DNA of 64,000 nt from Paraspadella gotoi (taxonomy: Eukaryota > Animalia > Chaetognatha): NCBI GenBank assembly GCA_051294375.1, contig CM119267.1, positions 23,862,111-23,926,110 of the forward strand. Direction: 5' to 3'. A model generated the notes under the pieces. It was not told the origin of the DNA. It did no database searches and saw nothing but the letters and a program-made list of their open reading frames with translations. Position numbers and translations under genes: made by a program. Positions 56,401-64,000 of this stretch are shown here, piece after piece (position 1 is the stretch's first letter; each line of letters opens with the position of its first letter).

Positions 56401-57185
56401 AGGCAGCTTTAAGTCTTTAATATTTCAAAGAATGTTTCAATTGTACGAAAAGACTGAATGATGTAGAGGATAGAAGTCTTATTTGAATAAATTTATTAAT
56501 TAAAATGTAAGTAATTATATAAATCGACTAATTTGTCTAATTCCTCCTTCGGCCCTGCCTATCTATTAAGCTTGTGTTGTAAGCCTGTCCTTATAAAATT
56601 TCCTTACTCCAAATCAGGGCCTTCATTCTAGCTTGTGCACTGACCATTACTCCATTAGTAATAATCTTAAGTTGCCTCTTCCTACAAAATTGTTTACAAG
56701 TCTCACTTTTGAAAATAACCTAACTTCTCATCGCTATGGTATATGAATTTTGGTTATAAATTATAATGTACAGACATGTCTATCTATATCTCATTGTAAT
56801 TTTGGTATCCCCCCCCCTCCTCTTTCCTCCTCCAGACCCCAACGAGTGCGCCAACCCTAACGACAACGACTGTCATCGCCTGGCCACCTGTTCCAACGCC
56901 GACCTTACCTTCCATTGCGTCTGCCGACCCGGATACGAAGACGGCAACGACGTCCGCGGCGCCGGACGCGACTGTTTCTGGCCCGGCAATAACAACGACA
57001 ACAACAACAACGAGGCCTTGGAGAAAGGCCTCATCGCCGTCGGAACGATTCTGGCCGTCGCCGTCGTCGTCGTCGTCGTCCTCATCGTCGTCGTTATTCT
57101 TTTGTGGAGGAAAAACGGACGAAGCTTCCCGCCCCCGATGCCTAATCCGTACAATCGCGACCATTACGAGATGGCCGTCAATTAA
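53476..57185 (+). CDS. Type I transmembrane collagen-like protein (signal, about 95 G-X-Y triplets, EGF-like fragment, SEA-like region, EGF-Ca, TM, short tail)
   Basis: Phase-compatible exons: 53476-53551 (MATLTTK...IFLIFILILFR), 53791-54690 (uninterrupted GDK/GEQ/GxK), 55072-55238 (CFCPQG...C), 55701-55790, 55999-56155 and 56836-57185 (DPNEC...DCHRLATCSN...CVCRPGY...GRDC, then TM GLIAVGTILAVAVVVVVVLIVVVILLW and a tail ending NPY..DHYEMAVN*). Confidence 0.85.
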
Positions 57186-57958
57186 AAGGGCCGTGGATTT
57201 ACTGCGCTGCAGCTCTGCACTTTGATAAGTACTGCGGCTCCCTAATATGGTGTTGCTGCAGCTTAGAAATTTAAGGACGCTGCAGATCGTGCATTTGGTG
57301 TTTTTCCAACTCCAAATTGCAGCTCTTAACTTAAGCTTCGCTGCAGCTCCGGACTTTTAAGGTTCTGCAGCTTTGGACTTAGGCGAACTCCGGCGATGGA
57401 TTCTCAGATTGAATAAACGAGTTTGCAGCTCATAATTTTTTTTTAACTCCATGGCTTAAAACTGTTGTGGTGCTTGATTAACTTAATTCTGCTGCTCCAA
57501 GAAACTCTGTTAATTTATATTAATCTGTATTTACGCAGTTTTACTGAAAACGGTGAGAGGTATGGTTAGCTTACTTGTTTAGTGCGTAATTAAGTGGTGA
57601 AAAAAGCTTCCTAGATATATAGTAATTGTTTGAAAATTGTGCCACCTAAATGAAAATACTTACGGTGCCTATGAAATCAAGTTATTATAATAAATTGTAA
57701 TCTTCTACAAATCAATCGTTCTTCGACTATAATTATCATTGTTAATATTGCCATTGTCGTTGGCGTTTTCGTGTTTTAATTTGAGTTTGCAATAAATTTT
57801 CTAGTCTGATTGTGTTTTTAAAGTTTGTTTTACTAAACGGTTAAATCACAGTATACTACTTTATCTTAAAGCTTTTTGTATGTATTATTATTTACTAATT
57901 TTATTCCAGTACATTTTTATTCTCAATACTCGGACTGTGCCCAACTAGTGCAAAAATG

Positions 57959-57999
<41 letters not shown>

Positions 58000-58508
58000 C
58001 ATTACGATACGGATAATAGACAAAACCGGTTTCAGCCCCGAATTTTTCTGTCAGAAAAACTCAGTGAAGTTAAAAAATGAAAAATAAACTAAAAAAACTG
58101 TCTTAAGCTTAGTTAAATATACTGTCGTCGTGAAAAAATGTTTTTCTTCGCATTTTTTCCTAAATTTGGATATATCTTTAAAAGTAATTTATATTAGTTT
58201 TGCGAATTTTATAAATACGTTACTTCCTCACCAATTATGTACCCATTGTCTCTGTCAGAATCGAATTATCGTTTTTATTAAAAATTTATTCTTAAAAAAA
58301 GTATTCGATTTTTCCTTTAATTCGACAAATTAAAATAAAACATTTTTTTTTTAACTTTTTTCAGTCTATACAGGTTACATCAGTTTGTTTCTATATAAAA
58401 AGAATGTAAAACCAAAAAAATCATGGATTTTTTTCTCATTACAAACAAAACGACATACGGAATAAAAATTAAGGAATAAAACAAAAACAAAAAGACGATA
58501 AAAACAAA

Positions 58509-60133
58509 ATGGCCTCTTGGAACGCTTACACGACGATGGAAAGCAACAAAGAAACGTAAATACTCCTTTTATTTTCTTTTATTAATTTGCATAAATCCGT
58601 AAACTGACAAAGTGCATATAATTAATTATCTCAGAAAAAATAAATTAGTAATAATCAAAAAATTAATATACAAATAGCAGCATAGAAAACATAAATAAGG
58701 AAGTGGTCTTTTCATACATTTGAAACATTCTTTGAAACATTATACCACTTCATTGATTGGGAAGCCAGGTACTCTGGGAGTGAATAAACGAGACTGTGAG
58801 AGAGTCTTGATTGAAAGCTTGCAGGGAGCTGCTATGTTATTATCTTGTAAGAGTGATGAAGGCCTTAAACCACCTAAGCCTGTTCAAAGTCAGGGGCAAG
58901 ATAGCTTATTTATTAAATGAATGGATAATTTTTATATTGGTCGTACGAATATTTAATTAACAAGTAATCAAATTCCTCTCTCAAATCGATCACTCCCATC
59001 ATCGCCCCCTATCCTAAACCCCCTCTCCTTTCTCCTAACAAACACCCTCTCTTTCCAAACCCTCTCCATTAAACAGCTACCCTCTCTCCTCCCGATCCTC
59101 TCGCCCCCACGCCGCCGCCGACAACAACAACAACAAGGACGATCGTCCCGACCCAAGATACTACGACGATCCCGACGACGAATACGATGATCCGTCGCCG
59201 GACGAAGCGGCTCCGGCGCGTCGGCGCGGAGACACGCCGTCGCCGCCGCCGTCAGTCTCGCCGTCAACGATGGCGCCGACGTCGAACGACGAGACGAAAT
59301 CGCCGCGAAAGAAGCCGTTCGTCGTCGCCGTCGTCTTCGCCGTCGTCGTCTTCGCCGTCGCCCTGTTTTTTAATCTGCTGTCGGAGACGATGGGACATAG
59401 GGGAGGCAAGAGGAAGGCGAGGCCACATGTTTCCGCCTTCTACCGTTGAGGGGGGAGAGGATGGTGGGAAGAGGAGGAAGAGGATGGTAGGAGAGGGATT
59501 TAGCCGGGAAGAGGATGGTGGGGTTGAGGGGGAAGAGGATGCGTAGAAAAGAGAAAGAGGATGGTGGGAGGAGGGGGAAGAGGATGGTTGGAATGGGAAG
59601 AGGATTGGAGAGAAGAGAAAGAGGACGGTGGGAGGAGGGGGAAGAAGATGGTGGGTTAAGGGAGAAGAGGATGGTGGCATGGTAAGGCATGAAAAAGTTA
59701 TTAAATCTGACTTTTAGGGAGTCTTTTTTGTATAAAGTTTTACTGTCTCGGTATGTTATGATTATTGATTATGTAGAATGGAGGGCAGAAACCAATAAAC
59801 AATAAATATTAAATATGCTATAGAGGCTAGAGTCACCATAGCTCTTATATTGTCTATCAGTTTCTGCCAATTTCAGAAATTTTCTCTAGAAACTTTATCC
59901 TTGACCGATGGACAATTATTTATTTATTTATTTATTCATCTGTTTATTTTTTATTCCAATTTCATTTCGAACTGACCTTTTGTTTCAGACCAACTTCCCC
60001 GACTTCTTGAGAATTTGGAACGACTCGATTTTGATGGGCGACGTTTTGAAGAATCAAAAAAGATACAAGATGCCCATCGTCTTCGGCCCTGTGCTCATGT
60101 TTCCATGGTAACGAAACGTATAGAGGGGGACGT

Positions 60134-60175
<42 letters not shown>

Positions 60176-60617
60176 TCTCTCTCCATCATCCTCTCTGCTC
60201 TCTCTCCCGTCCGCCCCCCCTTTTTTCCTACTTACGACATAGTTAACTGCTTTCCTTCTCCGCCAGGGCGGCGGCGGGGTTTTTCGATCTCCTCTTCCTG
60301 ATCTTTTGTTTGTTCTCCCTCTGTTGTCAACGAGAGAAACTCGGCGTTTTAGCCAGCGTCTTTCATCACTGGACGATTCTCGCCATGACCGTCTCATGGG
60401 TGTTTCAGGTTGCGAGGGAGANNNNNNNNNNNNNNNNNNNNNNNNNNNNNNNNNNNNNNNNNNNNNNNNNNNNNNNNNNNNNNNNNNNNNNNNNNNNNNN
60501 NNNNNNNNNNNNNNNNNNNNNNNNNNNNNNNNNNNNNNNNNNNNNNNNNNNNNNNNNNNNNNNNNNNNNNNNNNNNNNNNNNNNNNNNNNNNNNNNNNNN
60601 NNNNNNNNNNNNNNNNN

Positions 60618-60652
<35 letters not shown>

Positions 60653-61455
60653 AAACTAAAGAAAGGAGAAGAGAGAGGAAAACCAGAAAAAGAATAACAG
60701 ATAGATAGACAGATAGATAGATAGATAAATAGATAGATGAATAGATTTATAAAAACGAGATAAAATATAACAAAAGTGCAATGAAGAATTAATTTTGATT
60801 CTTTCTTCTTCTTCCCCCCTCCCCTCTTCTCATCCTCTTCTCCTAATCGGCCTTCTACCTCTCCCCATCTCTCTTCTCTCTCTCCCTTTCTTCTTCCCCC
60901 GCTCCTGCTCCTTCTCACTCTCTTCTCCCTCTCATCTCTCCCTCCCCATCTTCTCTCCCTCCCCTTTCTTCTCCCCCTCCCTCTTCTCACCCTCTTTCTC
61001 CCTCTCCTTTCCCTCTCTCCATCTCTTCTCTTCTCCCTCTCCCTCTCCCCATCTCTCTCTCGCTCTCCTTTCTTCTTCCCCCTCCCCTCTTCTCCTCTTC
61101 TCCCTCTCCTTTCCCTCTCTCACATCTCTCTCTTCTCCCTCTCCCTCTCCCCCTTCTCTCCCCGGTCTCCTTTCTTCTTCCCCCTCCCTGTTCTCACCCT
61201 CTTTCCTCTCCCTTCCCTCTCCCCTTCTCTCTTCTCCCTCTCCCTCTCCCATCTTCTCTATCTAATCCACTAATCTTCTCTCTCTCTCTCCCTCACCCCA
61301 TCTCTCCCTCTCTCTCGCTCTCTCACTCTCTCTCTCACTCATCAGGTATCCTGGCTCTACGCCCTCAGCGTCGAGGAAAGATTTCTTCTCGCTTCATTTC
61401 TTCTCATTTGTTATTCGTGTTTCTTTCGGTTGATGAGTTTCGTCCTCGCCGTTTG
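58509..61455 (+). CDS. Multi-pass membrane protein of unknown family, 3' end truncated
   Basis: Exons: 58509-58555 (MASWNAYTTMESNKE), 59076-~59428 (acidic N-terminus, then PFVVAVVFAVVVFAVALFFNLL), 59989-60107, 60267-60408 (AAAGFFDLLFLIFCLFSLCC...WTILAMTVSWVFQ) and 61346-61455 (VSWLYALSVEERFLLASFLLICYSCFF). Phases join up, but the exon-2 donor is uncertain. Confidence 0.6.
58757..58950 (+). mobile_element. Dispersed repeat family C, about 200 bp (also about 6680-6780, 39725-39870, 45700-45878; inverted at 56215-56385 and 63340-63515)
   Basis: Shared sequence gggagtgaataaacga…gagagagtcttgattgaaagcttgca…agcctgtccaaagtcaggggcaagatagcttatttattaaatgaatggataatt…attggttgtaccaat. Confidence 0.8.
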
Positions 61456-61829
61456 GTGAGTTTTTTTTGTTTTGTTTTTGTTTTTCAGGGGTGGGCAGAA
61501 GAATCTAGTTTTTAGCACTCTTTTCCTAAAGCGCCATATTTTTGTTCCTTTATCCCGGAATTTAATTTTAACCTTAATACTAAATACTAAATATGTGTTT
61601 AAACTTTTAAACTTATCCTTAACCCTAATCCTAAACCTATGACTCTAATCCCTAACCCTAATCTCTAATCTTAATCCCTAACCTTAATCCTTATCCTTAA
61701 CCTCCAACCTAATCTTAACCTAAAAAAAATTAACCCATTTTCAAATTTAAGATGAAAGAAGTTCTGGGAAATTAAGTCCCAAAAATTCACCATCCGACCA
61801 CCTCCTCTAAAAGCCAAAAAAAGAGAGAG

Positions 61830-64000
61830 ATTTAAACTTTCTATTGTAATCAATTAACATCAATTAACTTCTATTCTAGTCAATTTATAATTTTGATTTA
61901 ATCCTTAAATTCCAACAAGAAGAATTCCGAAAAATAATTTTAACTTCTCTTTTCTAGCCAATAGTACAATATTTAAACATATTCCTCAAACTTCTATTCA
62001 ATTCAGTAATGTAAAACAATTTTATAAATTTTTAATTTAATCTTTTTCTTATCTTTTTATACGGCCTTCCTAAAAGAAACCTCTTAAATAACCAAGAAAT
62101 CTCTTTATTATATACATTATAATTATTATACATATATATTATATTATTCCGGTTCCAGGTCTCGACCAAATCGCAAGATTTTGTAGCGATTCTGATCGCA
62201 ACGAACGGTTCGCTGCTTCTGTCTCAGGGAATGACAGAGAACAACACACCCCTAATGGCGTAGAAATCAAAGACTTCACGGCAAAGATCAAAACTCAAGG
62301 ATCGGAACTTTCGACCTTTTGGAGACGAGGGTGAGACCCTTTTCACAATTAACACACTTAACATGTTTTTTAAGAACTAATTAATGCATAAATAAAAAAC
62401 TATGAGAAACCATTTTTTCTTGCTTTGGTTTGGCGAACCTAATCCATTAAGAGATTTTCCTTCTTTCGGTTCTATTTTGAAGACCAGGCCAAGCCCGTCG
62501 ATTCTGAGGCTCGCTTTATTCCGTAAAACTGACCGGTGTTTTTCCAGATCAATGGACAGATAGCATTTAATTTAGAACGCGACTTAATAAGACTTTTTTT
62601 GTGTCTGCCTGTTTATTGTTCTATTGAATTTTTTAAAAAGATTATCAACTGAGCCTTGTGGAAAAAACTTGTTTCGTGTAAAAAAGTTTTTATTGTCCAA
62701 GAAAGGAACAGGGAAAGGGGCGGTGACTAATATTAATAATATTAATAATACAGACTGGGAGACCGTGACTGAAAATTATTATTAATAATTTATTTTTAAT
62801 TATAATTTTCCAGTTGCAAGGAAACTTTTGAACGGCGCTTTTACGGAGATGGTCAAATTCGGAAAGGGTGATCAATTTGGGGTGGAAATTCAAAAAACGA
62901 CGGATATTTGGTGATTATTTTTTTGTATTTTGATATTTTTTTTCGTTGTTACATTAGCAAGGCTGGTGGTTCCGTATTAATATAACCGCAACCTAGAATT
63001 TAAATAATAACTCCGATGCTGATATGAACGTTCTCGTATTGTATATTATATTGTACGATGTATGATGGATACTTAATAGAGTATGTTTCCGAAAACCAAC
63101 CGCGTTGGGTTTTTATCCCTCAGGCGGAATTCTCTGCGAGTTACCAAAGACGTCGTCCAATGAAGGGAAGGGCGTGAACGGGAGTCGAAGGGGATCAACG
63201 ACGCCATCGGGGGTCCAGAGTGCGAGGCGAAACGCCGTGCTGTCAGTTTCTTCGAAAAGATTCAGGTCGTCGTATCAGGTCGACAAAAAAACTACTAGGG
63301 TGGATGGAGGGATGGGAATGGAGTGAGATTATTGAATGAAATTGGTACAACGCAATATAACAATTATCCATTTCATTTAATATGTAAGGACAGGCTTTGG
63401 TGTTTAAGGCCTCCATCACTCTTACAAGATAATGACATAGCAGGGTCCCTGCAAGCTTTCAATCAAGACTCTCTCGTTTATTCACTCCCAAAGTAAACCT
63501 TGGCTTTCCCTATCAATAAAGTGGTATTGAGGCAGCTTTAAAGTTCTTTAATATTTCCAAAGAATGTTTCAATGTACGAAAGACTGAATGTGTAGAGGAT
63601 AGAAGTTTATTTGAATAATATTTATTAATTAAAAGTAAGTAATTTATATAAATCTGACTAATTCTGTCGAAATTCTCCTTCGGGCCCTGCCTATCTATTA
63701 AGTTGTGTTGTAAGCCTGTCCTTATAAAATTTCTTACTCACAATCAGGGCCTTCAATTCTAAGCTTGTGAACTGACCATTATTCCATTAGTAATAATCTT
63801 AAGTTGCTCTTCTACAAAATTGTTTACAAAGTCTCACTTTTGAAAATAACCTAAACTTCTCATCGCTATGGTATAGTTGAATTTTTGGTTATAATTTATA
63901 ATGTACAGACATGTCATCTATATCTCATTGGTAATTTTGGTATCCCCCCCCCTCCTCTTTCCTCCTCCAGACCCCAACGAGTGCGCCAACCACTAACGAC
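61830..64000 (+). repeat. Insertion-rich duplicate of about 54750-56865 (collagen gene exons 3-6), probable raw long-read fill
   Basis: Colinear with the earlier copy, with many single-base insertions that frameshift its exons. Confidence 0.92.

Noticed and set aside
60795-61265. Ser/Pro/Leu-rich ORF and its Glu/Arg/Gly-rich antisense ORF
   Set aside because: This is a low-complexity intronic polypyrimidine tract. The same applies to the many ERER/LSLS ORFs from (GA)n repeats.
61615-61725. True telomere or chromosome fusion site
   Set aside because: The motifs are degenerate, short and embedded in a dispersed repeat also found at about 20015.

Overview
Animal (probably invertebrate) nuclear DNA from a gapped draft assembly. 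It has GC/CpG-rich exons, AT-rich introns, many microsatellites and N-gaps. Splicing the exons by hand gives eight multi-exon genes: (1) a short, divergent ionotropic glutamate receptor-like channel (+), whose M3-S2 intron holds two more small antisense genes that both start MGCGGSK; (2) a CTHRC1-like collagen (+); (3) a membrane-anchored trypsin with a mucin stalk (-); (4) an intron-containing gene resembling bacterial DUF2585/UPF0314 (+), a candidate horizontal transfer; (5) a large secreted protein with a repeated unnamed domain, a mucin array and a WAP domain (+); (6) a BPI/LBP-family gene (+); (7) a type I transmembrane collagen that is almost proline-free (+); (8) a truncated multi-pass membrane protein (+). 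There is also an initiator tRNA-Met (-) and several SINE-like and other dispersed repeats. Three large duplications (about 7, 5.5 and 2 kb) differ mainly by single-base indels and are most likely assembly artefacts. All family calls come from motif recognition, not database searches, and exon boundaries are manual.
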